DNA of 64,000 nucleotides, from the NCBI GenBank assembly GCA_963789265.1, contig CAWBKB010000003.1, positions 800,001 to 864,000 on the forward strand. The letters are read 5' to 3'. Of this stretch, positions 55,869 through 64,000 are shown piece after piece; the stretch's first letter is position 1, and each line of letters starts with the position of its first letter. A program made the translations under genes and the position numbers. A model generated the notes under the pieces. That model saw only the letters and a program-made list of their open reading frames with translations. It was not told where the DNA came from and did no database searches. This DNA comes from an uncultured delta proteobacterium (GTDB lineage: Bacteria > Desulfobacterota > Desulfomonilia > Desulfomonilales > Desulfomonilaceae).

Positions 55869-55936
55869 CCGCCGGATTCATCCGGGGGAGCGAAAATACC
55901 GCCGAAGCCACCGCCTTCAGGCGGTGGAGCCTTCAC
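55869..55936 (+). mobile_element. IS200/IS605-like end hairpins without transposase (PATE-like remnant)
   Basis: CCGGATTCATCCGG hairpin, then GAAGCCACCGCCTTCAGGCGGTGGAG hairpin ending in TCAC. Confidence 0.55.
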
Positions 55937-56051
55937 TCCTCTGCCTTGCCTGTGGAACCGACTGTTCCAGGTGAGCGGCAGCATGATCTCAGACGATGTA
56001 GCTAAGGTTCGTGTTTTGACACATTCATGCGTGATTGATATGTTTTGATGT

Positions 56052-56292
56052 ATGAGAACGACACTAAGAATAAACGACGAGCTTCTCAAGCAGGCGAAGA
56101 ACCGCGTGGCCGATGAAGGGCGAACCTTGACGTCTCTGGTTGAAGACGGCTTGGCACTCGATCCTGGCTGAATCTAAGAAGGGCCCTAAGAAACCGGTGC
56201 AGTTGCCGGTATCTAAGGCATCCGGAGGAGTGATGCCGGGAGTTGACCTCAACAGGTCGTGAGAGTTGGAGTAGCTCATGAACAAGACATAA
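56052..56292 (+). pseudogene. VapB/CopG-type antitoxin pseudogene
   Basis: MRTTLRINDELLKQAK..A.EGRTLTSLVEDGL, frameshift, GGVMPGVDL, then two in-frame stops. Confidence 0.75.
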
Positions 56293-56362
56293 TAGTTCCG
56301 GACGTCAACGTTCTCGTGCATACCTTCCGTTTCTGATTCTTCAGACCATAAAGTGTGGCGTA
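56289..56362 (+). pseudogene. 5' remnant of a VapC PIN-domain toxin
   Basis: IVPDVNVLVHTFR..S.DH overlapping the antitoxin stop; start codon reads ATA; truncated. Confidence 0.6.
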
Positions 56363-56415
56363 CGAATGTCAGCAGGCTTTTAGGGACTGATGGTTCACCG
56401 CTGAGAGATAATGAA

Positions 56416-56705
56416 ATGGATGCTATTGTTATGTTAAGAGAAAAGAAGGAAGAGATTATTAGAATAGCAGTACGTCACGGTGCTCGAAACGTCCGCGTTT
56501 TGGGTGGGTAGCCCGCGGAGAAGCCGACGAGGCCAGTGACATTGACCTGCTTGTCAGCTTCGATCCAGAAGCTAGCCTACTGCAGCACGCTGTCTTGATT
56601 CGAGAGCTGCGCGACTTCCTCGGTTGTTTCGTGGATGTTGTTGATGACGATGGACTTCGTCCGAGCATGAGTGACCGAGTGTTGGACGAGGCAGCTCCCT
56701 TATAA
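56416..56705 (+). pseudogene. Minimal nucleotidyltransferase (MntA-type antitoxin), frameshifted
   Basis: KEEIIRIAVRHGARNVRV, frameshift, VARGEADEASDIDLLV..LG..VDVV..EAAPL. Confidence 0.78.
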
Positions 56706-57129
56706 GATGCCGGCGCGAGATTACTCGACATATTGCAGGCAATAGAAGAAATTGAGGAATATGTAGCCTCGGGGCACGATGCCTAAGTTCAGAACAAGCT
56801 CACCGAGTTATGGATGATCCTCCATCGGCAGAGAATCGGGGAAGCTACCGCTCGCCTTTCCGACATGATTGGCGGCCGGTACCCCGACATCCCGCGGCAA
56901 GACATCGTTCCTATGAAAACGTCCTGTTACCGACCGGCAAGATGCCGGTCCTACTGACGTTTTCATGTTTCGCTGTAGCTTTATAGCTATGGGAGTTGGT
57001 ATGAGGAATTTGCTGATACACGAATACTTTGGCGTAAGTTTGAAACGTGTGTGGATGACAGTAATCAATGACCTGCCGGTGCTCAAAACGTGCGTGGAGC
57101 GTATACTTGAAGGCCGGCAGGAGCCTTAG
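56702..57129 (+). pseudogene. HepT/DUF86 HEPN ribonuclease toxin pseudogene
   Basis: RLLDILQAIEEI, stop at 56784, IGEA..YPDIP..DIV[insert]GMRNLLIHEYFGV..VW..DLP. Confidence 0.85.
56910..56994. mobile_element. 85-bp REP-containing insertion with GTT direct repeats
   Basis: GTT at 56907-09 and 56995-97; internal IR ATGAAAACGTC / GACGTTTTCAT around REP GACCGGCAAGATGCCGGTCCTAC. Confidence 0.8.
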
Positions 57130-57631
57130 TGCCTAACGTGGCGACCTAAATCTACTTGATCGCCACAGGTCCATTGCCTCTCTCGAGAAAACGCTCGGCC
57201 GGATGATCCCATGGAAGAAATACGGGATCAGGAAACAAGGCCGGCAGACTATGTCGAAGAATTTCTAAAAAAAACTTAACACATCTTGACCGAGTAGGTT
57301 TATTATGGAGGGCATGAGAGCCGGCAGCGTCTTTCGCCGTTCTCAAAGCATTCTGCTGCCGGACCCACATCAAGTAGGAGAGCCCGTTGCGGAGGCAGAG
57401 AATGTCTCCGGCCTCCTGGCTACATTCTGGCCTAAGGGGTGTGAAAACCTGACCCCGACCACGATGAACGAGTTGTCGATCCCGGATGAAATCATTAGGA
57501 GTTTCAGGTGCGCTGTTGTAACGCACTTCAGGAAAACTGGAACCTCAATCTTCAACCCATGACGAAAGGAGAGACGATGATTCGGCACGAGAAGGTTTCA
57601 GCGATTCACGATCGAAGGAAAGGAGGGGCCT

Positions 57632-58096
57632 ATGATCTCTCTCAATGTGAACGGTAAGGTTCATGAATTGGATGTTCCCGGTGACATGCCTTTGCTTTGG
57701 GCACTCCGGGATCATCTGAATCTCAAGGGTACAAAGTACGGCTGCGGCATTGGAGAATGCGGCAATTGTACGGTTCATGTCGACGGCGAAGCTCTGCGCT
57801 CGTGCCAGGTCACCGTTGACGAGGTCCAGCGCAAGAAGATCACAACGATTGAAGGGCTTCCGGAAAATCATCCTGTGAAACAGGCGTGGATTAAGGAGCA
57901 AGTCCCCCAATGCGGTTACTGCCAACCGGGGATGATTATGCAGGTCGCGGCTCATCTATCCGGCAAGCCGACTCCTGACGCCGATCAAGTCATCAGTAAG
58001 ATGGATGATGTCATCTGCCGGTGCGGAACCTATCCCTACATCAAACAAGGCATCAAGACGGCCATTCAGATCATGAAAAAGGAGGGCAAGACATGA
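57632..58096 (+). CDS. Molybdenum hydroxylase small (2Fe-2S) subunit, IorA/CoxS-like
   Basis: GTKYGCGIGECGNCTV, QCGYCQPG, CRCGTY. Confidence 0.92.
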   Translation: MISLNVNGKVHELDVPGDMPLLWALRDHLNLKGTKYGCGIGECGNCTVHVDGEALRSCQVTVDEVQRKKITTIEGLPENHPVKQAWIKEQVPQCGYCQPGMIMQVAAHLSGKPTPDADQVISKMDDVICRCGTYPYIKQGIKTAIQIMKKEGKT

Positions 58097-60300
58097 AAAA
58101 TACCTCCATTTCCAGACGTGGTTTTTTGAAGGGTTCCCTGGCCGTTGCCGGCTTGACGGTCGCTGTTTCCGTCAGCCCCTTCGGGTACAAACTCCTCAAT
58201 GCCTCAGAAAACAAACCGGGAGAGATCCCTGGGTTCAGCCCCAATGCCTGGTTCACTATTACCCCGGATAACAAGGTCGCCATTTTCGTCGGCAATTCCG
58301 AGATGGGGCAGGGCGTGCTGACTTCTCTTCCCATGCTGGTTGCGGATGAGCTTGGGGCGGACTGGAAACAGGTTCAGGTGCATCAGGCTCCAGCCCAAGA
58401 TGCATACAAGAGCCCCATTCTGGGTGCCCAGATTACAGTGGCAAGCGCCAGCGTGAGGGGATTTTATGAACCTTTGAGAAAGGCGGGCGCAGCGGGCCGG
58501 AGTATGCTCATTAAAGCTGCAGCCTCGACCTGGAAAGTCCCCGAAAAGGAATGCCATGCAGCGTCGGGCACAGTGAAGCACCAGAAGAGCGGCCGGTCCT
58601 TGACCTATGGGCAACTTTGTCTGGAAGCGGCGAAACTGCAGGTTCCCAAGGATCCGCCGCTCAAGAATGAAAGCGAATTTACGTATATTGGCAAACCAAT
58701 GCCCAGGGTGGATGTGACGGACAAGGTCAACGGGAAAGCAACCTATGGCATTGATGTGACGGTCAAGGATTTGCACTATGCGGTTATCGCGCGGCCTCCC
58801 GCCTATGGTGCCAAACCGATTTCCTATGATGAGAAAGCGGCGCAGAAGATCAAAGGGGTGCTAAAAGTCATGCCGATCCCTATGGGGATCGCTGTCTGTG
58901 CAGATTCGATGGGAGCGGCCCTCAAAGGACGGGATGCCCTTAATGTGAAATGGGACAAAGGCGCTCTTCCGCAGATGGACAACAATTATGTTGAAAAATC
59001 GCTTTTGGAGGATCTGAACAAACCGGGGGCTTCGGCTGTGAAGACAGGCGACGCGAAGAAGGCAATCAGTGGAGCCGATAAGAAGATCCAGGCCACTTAT
59101 TACGTCCCGTGTATCGCCCATGCCACCATGGAGCCGATGAATTGCACAGCTTCCGTAACTAAGGACCTGTGTGAGATATGGGCGCCTATTCAGGCCCAAG
59201 TGGCTGCTTTGGCGGTTGGGTCACAAATCAGCGGACTTCCCATGGAGAAGATCCGCGTGAACACTACCTTCTTGGGAGGCGGTTTGGGGAGACGGGGCAA
59301 ACCGGATTTTGTCGTTGAAGCAGTCATCCTTTCAAAAGCACTTGGGAAACCGGTCAAAGTCCTATGGACGAGAGAAGAAGACATCAAGTACGATGCCTTT
59401 CGTCCCCCGACGTCTCACCGGATCGAGGCCGGCCTCGATGCCCAAGGCCGGTTGGTCGGATGGTCTCACAAGGTCGTGTGTCCATCTCTTTTGAAAGACA
59501 TCGAACCAAAGGCAATAAAGAACGGGATCGATTTCTTTTGCCTGTGGGGCCTTGCAGATGCCCCGGGCTCTCCCATGTGGAATAACAAAATCCAGTATGA
59601 AATACCCAATTTCGACGTGGAGCTTCTTATCTCCAATTTGCCTATGCCCGTTGCTCCTTGGCGTTCGGTCCAGAACGGTCCCAATGGCTTTATCATTGAA
59701 TCTTTCGTTGATGAATTGGCACATGCGGCAGGAAAAGACCCTCTGGAGTTTCGCCTTCAAATCCTAAAGAACAATATGCGAGCCAGCAGGGTGTTGCAGA
59801 CGGTGGCTGAAAAGGCAGGTTGGGGTAAACCAATCCCCAAAGGTCAAGCCCGTGGCATTGCTCAATATGCGTGTTTTGGGAGCTACACCGCCACGGTGGC
59901 GGACATCTCGGTTGACAACAAAGATGGCAAGATCAAGGTACATAGGATTGTTACCGCTATTGATTGCGGTCCCACGGTGAATCCGGGGCCTATCGTCGAA
60001 CAAATGGCAGGTGGCATTAATATGGCCCTGAGCACAGTTCTGAAAGAGGAGATACAGTTTGCAAACGGCGGGGTGAAATCGGCCAACTTCGACGACTATG
60101 ATGTAATTCGGATGAGCGAAGTGCCTGAGATAGAGGTCCACATCGTCAAGAGCAGCGAGAAGATTGGAGGCGTAGGAGAGTTGGGCGTTCCTGCAACGGC
60201 ACCTGCCGTGGCCAATGCCTTCTTCAAGGCCACCGGTGTTCGTATAAGGCGTCTACCTCTTAGCTCGGCGAATGTTTTAAATGCCCTGAAGAAATCGTAA
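58093..60300 (+). CDS. Molybdenum hydroxylase large subunit, IorB-like, Tat-exported
   Basis: SRRGFLK Tat motif, SEMGQG, HATMEPMNC, LGGGLGRR, GGVGELGVP..APAVANA. Confidence 0.92.
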   Translation: MKNTSISRRGFLKGSLAVAGLTVAVSVSPFGYKLLNASENKPGEIPGFSPNAWFTITPDNKVAIFVGNSEMGQGVLTSLPMLVADELGADWKQVQVHQAPAQDAYKSPILGAQITVASASVRGFYEPLRKAGAAGRSMLIKAAASTWKVPEKECHAASGTVKHQKSGRSLTYGQLCLEAAKLQVPKDPPLKNESEFTYIGKPMPRVDVTDKVNGKATYGIDVTVKDLHYAVIARPPAYGAKPISYDEKAAQKIKGVLKVMPIPMGIAVCADSMGAALKGRDALNVKWDKGALPQMDNNYVEKSLLEDLNKPGASAVKTGDAKKAISGADKKIQATYYVPCIAHATMEPMNCTASVTKDLCEIWAPIQAQVAALAVGSQISGLPMEKIRVNTTFLGGGLGRRGKPDFVVEAVILSKALGKPVKVLWTREEDIKYDAFRPPTSHRIEAGLDAQGRLVGWSHKVVCPSLLKDIEPKAIKNGIDFFCLWGLADAPGSPMWNNKIQYEIPNFDVELLISNLPMPVAPWRSVQNGPNGFIIESFVDELAHAAGKDPLEFRLQILKNNMRASRVLQTVAEKAGWGKPIPKGQARGIAQYACFGSYTATVADISVDNKDGKIKVHRIVTAIDCGPTVNPGPIVEQMAGGINMALSTVLKEEIQFANGGVKSANFDDYDVIRMSEVPEIEVHIVKSSEKIGGVGELGVPATAPAVANAFFKATGVRIRRLPLSSANVLNALKKS

Positions 60301-60350
60301 GAATACGACATGTTTGGTAGTGTCCCTAACTGGGACACTACCAAAAAGTG

Positions 60351-61187
60351 TTACTGAGTCTGTTTTTCCGAGAAGTTCACAAATTCCTCGACGCATGGAT
60401 TGTCGGCTTTCCGATTCCAGTAATAAAGAAACCTCGTGGATATGGGGTATAGCGACTCCTTGGTAACCCCGCCTGACATTGGATACGGCACTGAATGTTC
60501 GTCTTTCTTCAAGCTCACCATCTTTACCCCGCCTTCTCCCATTTTATCAAAGAAAGTAGTTGACGTCGGAATATATCCTATAGCAAAGGATTTGCCGCAG
60601 ACCCTGAGAGTCATGTTGTAGTTGCTCATCACCACACTGTCTCTTGCGTAAGGGGCTCCTTTCAGCACCTTCTCCTGGAAAAGCACTCCCACGCCCGACT
60701 CGGGAACCGCCCTCCTCGTAACTTTTATGGGTTCATTTGGTCCGCCCACCTGTCTCCAGTTTTTGTATTCCCCTTTGAATACCTTTGCTAGTTGCTCGAG
60801 TGTCAGCTCCTTGACGCTATTCTTGTCGTTTGTAATGATAGCTAGTTCCACCTGCCCCATGTATTTGGAAACGATAACCAATCCTTTCTGCAAGGCCTGC
60901 TTGGCTTCATCGGCCGTTATCTCTCTAGAGGCCACGACTAAGTCCGCCTCCCCGTTAAATAGCATTTTGAAGCCTTGGCCGGTGGTTGCCCCGATTACGG
61001 TAATGGAGCAGTTTGGCCCTTTCTCGGCGTACGACTCAGCATAGGTTTGCGCTATGTTGGCAAGCGCGCCTGCCCCACAAACTCTCACTGCCCTTTTGGG
61101 CTGGGCTGTCGCAGCAGAAACGGAGGCCAGCCAGAGAAGTGACACCATAGCAGCCGAAAGGATGATGTTTGACCCGGTTCTTCTCAT
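60351..61187 (-). CDS. PstS-like periplasmic substrate-binding protein
   Basis: Signal peptide; GATTGQG, ASREI, LTLEQLAKVFKG..NWRQVGG, AIGY, YPI. Confidence 0.8.
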   Translation of the reverse strand: MRRTGSNIILSAAMVSLLWLASVSAATAQPKRAVRVCGAGALANIAQTYAESYAEKGPNCSITVIGATTGQGFKMLFNGEADLVVASREITADEAKQALQKGLVIVSKYMGQVELAIITNDKNSVKELTLEQLAKVFKGEYKNWRQVGGPNEPIKVTRRAVPESGVGVLFQEKVLKGAPYARDSVVMSNYNMTLRVCGKSFAIGYIPTSTTFFDKMGEGGVKMVSLKKDEHSVPYPMSGGVTKESLYPISTRFLYYWNRKADNPCVEEFVNFSEKQTQ

Positions 61188-61464
61188 AGGCGGTTCCCTT
61201 CGTGAAAGTGTTATTCTTTACGGAGGAAGCGGAACTCCCCCCGATCAGTTTCTATTAAAATGCTGTTAAGAGTCAAATTGAATTTGATTAGTCTTCGTAG
61301 CGCGGCCTCAAAGTTGTAATTGAACAAGTTGTGATATCTCCTCTATTTTGGAACTTATTCAGATCTATACCCTGAAAGCCCGCTTGACAAGAGGCTTCTT
61401 TTCCCTCGAGGAATCGTCACCTCCCCTTACAAGTGCCGACCTGTAGCGACTGCTGCGGTTGGAT

Positions 61465-61493
61465 TTGCCTCTGAGTGCGATTATTGCTATAAT
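61465..61493 (+). promoter_or_regulatory. Putative sigma70 promoter
   Basis: TTGCCT, 17-bp spacer with extended -10 TG, TATAAT; GGAGG RBS downstream. Confidence 0.6.
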
Positions 61494-61529
61494 ATTGGCA
61501 TCTAGTAAAATTTGGTGGAGGTATTTTCG

Positions 61530-61844
61530 ATGAAAGCCAGCACGGCAACTGTCATGGTCGTGGCGCTCATATTTTTAATCACTTCCTTTGCCTTAGCGGA
61601 TGGGGTTTCCAGCTTAACAAAAAAAGGCCGCATAGTGACGACGTACAATTCCAGAGAAAGGTGCCAGGTAATTTGCAAGGGTCCAACACCTTTCTTGGAA
61701 AGGATCGAAAATGCGCTAGCTTACACACTGGACATTCCTCTTGCGATATTGAGCCCCATCACATGCCCGGTTGTGTCCCCGCTGCTCGACAAAATCGACC
61801 CTGTGGAAAACAGAAGTTATGCTCGTACCCCCCGAAAAAGGTGA
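61530..61844 (+). CDS. Hypothetical secreted protein
   Basis: GGAGG RBS, signal peptide ending ALA, promoter upstream. Confidence 0.6.
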   Translation: MKASTATVMVVALIFLITSFALADGVSSLTKKGRIVTTYNSRERCQVICKGPTPFLERIENALAYTLDIPLAILSPITCPVVSPLLDKIDPVENRSYARTPRKR

Positions 61845-62358
61845 CCCTTACGGTCCGGTCCATCCTGCAGACGTCCTCTCCAGGGGGGAGAGATGTCGGA
61901 TCTTCTACAGTAGAGTAGTAGATTTGGCTGTGGCACGAAGCCTGCTAAGTCCGGATCCTAATACCGAAATCGGTCATTTTGCTTTCTCTCCTCACTACTA
62001 TCAGGGTAAAAAAGCTGAACTGGCGCTACAGCGGACTCTTCGTGAATTCGAGAAAAAATACCCGGAAATGGCTGTTGAACGCAGGACGAAGAAAGACCAA
62101 ATATTTCTCGGCGCTGTGGGGAGCTACCTCAGTTCGGACAGCGCCGAAAAGGCGGAAGAACTAATCCTTGTTGGGGCGACTTACTGCGTCTGGCCCGTAG
62201 GAACCTCCTTTGCACTGACCTACCCCTGGGACTTGAATGGAAAGGAGCGCCCCGTGAGGTTCCGAAAAGATCTGAACGACTTCATGAAGCGTAGGATTAT
62301 AGCCATCCTCCGTAAAGCGGGCAAACTTGGTCATAGCGATCTATTCGGAATATGGTGA
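61819..62358 (+). CDS. Hypothetical protein
   Basis: Long ORF overlapping the upstream gene end; no family recognised; start uncertain. Confidence 0.55.
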   Translation: MLVPPEKGDPYGPVHPADVLSRGERCRIFYSRVVDLAVARSLLSPDPNTEIGHFAFSPHYYQGKKAELALQRTLREFEKKYPEMAVERRTKKDQIFLGAVGSYLSSDSAEKAEELILVGATYCVWPVGTSFALTYPWDLNGKERPVRFRKDLNDFMKRRIIAILRKAGKLGHSDLFGIW

Positions 62359-62576
62359 CGCGTGACTGTTACTCGATTTCCTAAATACGGCGCCTCATTT
62401 CCGGGCAATGTTGTGAGTGCGTGCAGTCCTATCCGACGCCGTCACCCCAGACTCATGCACGGGGTCCGGTCCTTCCCCCGTTCGCGGGACCGCGTGCACG
62501 GCAATGGCGGCAATGGTGCAAGAATACAAGACTGGATTTAGGCATCAGAGTACTTGAATAAACGGAGTTCCTAAAT

Positions 62577-63122
62577 TCATTTCAGGCGAAAGCATTTCTC
62601 ACCTGGAACTTCACCCTTAAGGCGGAACTCAAGCTCCTTGGGGGGCACGTCAAGCGGCGGACCCACGATCTCCCATTCTTTCGACTTCTCATTCCACATA
62701 TACTGTTGCGAAGAGATTTTTTTCTTTGTTTGACGGTAGATATTGAGCCACCAGCCTCTATCCAGTTTGGAGTAGCATGTCTTGAAGTGTATGACATTAG
62801 GTATCTCTTTAGCGAACTTACGCGCCGATTCATTCACTTCATCTTTCAAACGTAGGTCTGTTTCGGCCTCAGAAATCTTTTCTCGACCCGGGGGAGCAGG
62901 AGGAGTATAGGCCGGAGCGGAATTTGAAGGGGTCTGGCCCGCCTCTTTGCCGGCCGATTTTGGTGCCGGCGCGGTTTTTGCCTGTCCCGTCATGCGCTTG
63001 GGGGCGGGTGGATTTTGCGGTTCAGCGGGGCCTTTAACTGATTCAAGACCAGGCACGCATCCCAGCAAGAGTAATGCAGCTAAAATGAGAGTTGCGGCCA
63101 GAAGGCTTAAAGCGGCTTTCAT
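62577..63122 (-). CDS. Hypothetical lipoprotein
   Basis: Lipobox LLGC after a hydrophobic leader; Pro/Ala-rich linker. Confidence 0.65.
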   Translation of the reverse strand: MKAALSLLAATLILAALLLLGCVPGLESVKGPAEPQNPPAPKRMTGQAKTAPAPKSAGKEAGQTPSNSAPAYTPPAPPGREKISEAETDLRLKDEVNESARKFAKEIPNVIHFKTCYSKLDRGWWLNIYRQTKKKISSQQYMWNEKSKEWEIVGPPLDVPPKELEFRLKGEVPGEKCFRLK

Positions 63123-63495
63123 GAATTCATTCCGTTTTTGGACACCTAGTAAGCCTACACTGCGCACAATATCATCAACCGGTCGATATTACAAGGTCAT
63201 ACAGGCAACATGTTGTCGAAATCATTTAAAACCCTGGGGGTAGGTTCTGCCTTAGAGCCCCTGATATACGAAGCATCCGATCGGATAGATTCTCTCCGTA
63301 ATCCCTCAATTATGGGCGGCAGAATTGTCATCGCCGGCCCCGCGGGACGAGGGACGAAGCAATCTTTTCCTTTAACCGTTTATATTGCTCCGTCATTTTA
63401 CTCCTGGCGCAGACGGAAACCATAAGATTCCCCTCGTAAGTGAGTTTACACTTCTCTCTGAAGAATCCGACTGAGATATGTTATAAAATTCAACC

Positions 63496-64000
63496 ATGGC
63501 AAAAGGTAATCCAAGAAAAGTCGTGGCGTTGGTAGGACGACCCAACGTTGGGAAATCCACGATGTTCAATAGGCTGTTGAAGAGTAGGAAAGCTCTGGTG
63601 GAGGATGTGCCCGGGCTGACCCGGGACCGCAACTATGCCGAAGTGACGCTCGCAAACAAACCATTTATCATTGTGGATACCGGCGGGTTCGAACCGACAA
63701 GCACCGATATTGTGCTCTCACAGATGAGGACTCAAACTGTCGTGGCCATCGAACAGGCAGACGTGATAATTTACCTTGGCGATGGAAAGGTCGGGGTCAC
63801 GCCCTCGGATCACGAAATAGTCCGTGCCCTTCAACGGACCGACAAGAAGGTTTTATACGCGGTCAACAAGATTGATTCGGAGAAGCAGGAAGATTTCGCT
63901 GTGGACTTTTATACACTAGGGGTAAAAGAAATCTTTCCTGTCAGTGCCTCGACCGGATATGGAATGAGCGATTTCGTTGACAGTCTCTTGGAAGAGATCC
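63496..64000 (+). CDS. der: Ribosome biogenesis GTPase Der (partial, runs off the window)
   Basis: VALVGRPNVGKSTMFNRL, PGLTRDRNY, DTGG, NKID, SA. Confidence 0.95.
   Translation, partial: MAKGNPRKVVALVGRPNVGKSTMFNRLLKSRKALVEDVPGLTRDRNYAEVTLANKPFIIVDTGGFEPTSTDIVLSQMRTQTVVAIEQADVIIYLGDGKVGVTPSDHEIVRALQRTDKKVLYAVNKIDSEKQEDFAVDFYTLGVKEIFPVSASTGYGMSDFVDSLLEEI

Noticed and set aside
55191..56089. ORFs 55191-56048, 55421-55768 and 55820-56089 as genes
   Set aside because: They run across REP/IS-end palindromes or overlap the dehydratase; composition is not protein-like
57152..57588. Short ORFs between hepT and the 2Fe-2S gene
   Set aside because: No recognisable motifs on either strand; cannot be supported

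Overview
Bacterial core-genome window, most consistent with an anaerobic Desulfobacterota (Desulfomonile/Syntrophus-like; inferred from gene content, not from a search). About 34 kb (2.9-36.9 kb) is one co-oriented translation/transcription supercluster: tRNA-Thr/Tyr/Gly/Thr, tuf, rpmG, tRNA-Trp, secE, nusG, rplKAJL, rpoBC, rpsLG, fusA, tuf, then the S10, spc and alpha operons. It is flanked by a mocA-like gene and an IspH-UbiA fusion on the left. To the right lie an orphan ECF ATPase, ftsB, pilMNOP, a polysaccharide deacetylase plus DUF2156 pair, a four-subunit 2-oxoacid:ferredoxin oxidoreductase operon headed by a terminase-small-subunit-like HTH gene, uvrC, a WecG glycosyltransferase, a GlcD-GlcF fusion, a Ser/Thr dehydratase, a patch of decayed toxin-antitoxin genes, an IorAB-type molybdoenzyme, a PstS-like protein and the 5' part of der. 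About a dozen single-base insertions break essential genes and are almost certainly sequencing errors. The most unusual signals are: two large lineage-specific insertions in RpoC; nested GTAG-REP/MITE elements, two of which sit in toxin-antitoxin genes; the terminase-like HTH gene with a candidate operator; and a structured 290-nt rpsL-rpsG spacer. No CRISPR array, prophage or intact transposase was seen, and I cannot claim a clearly new multi-gene system.
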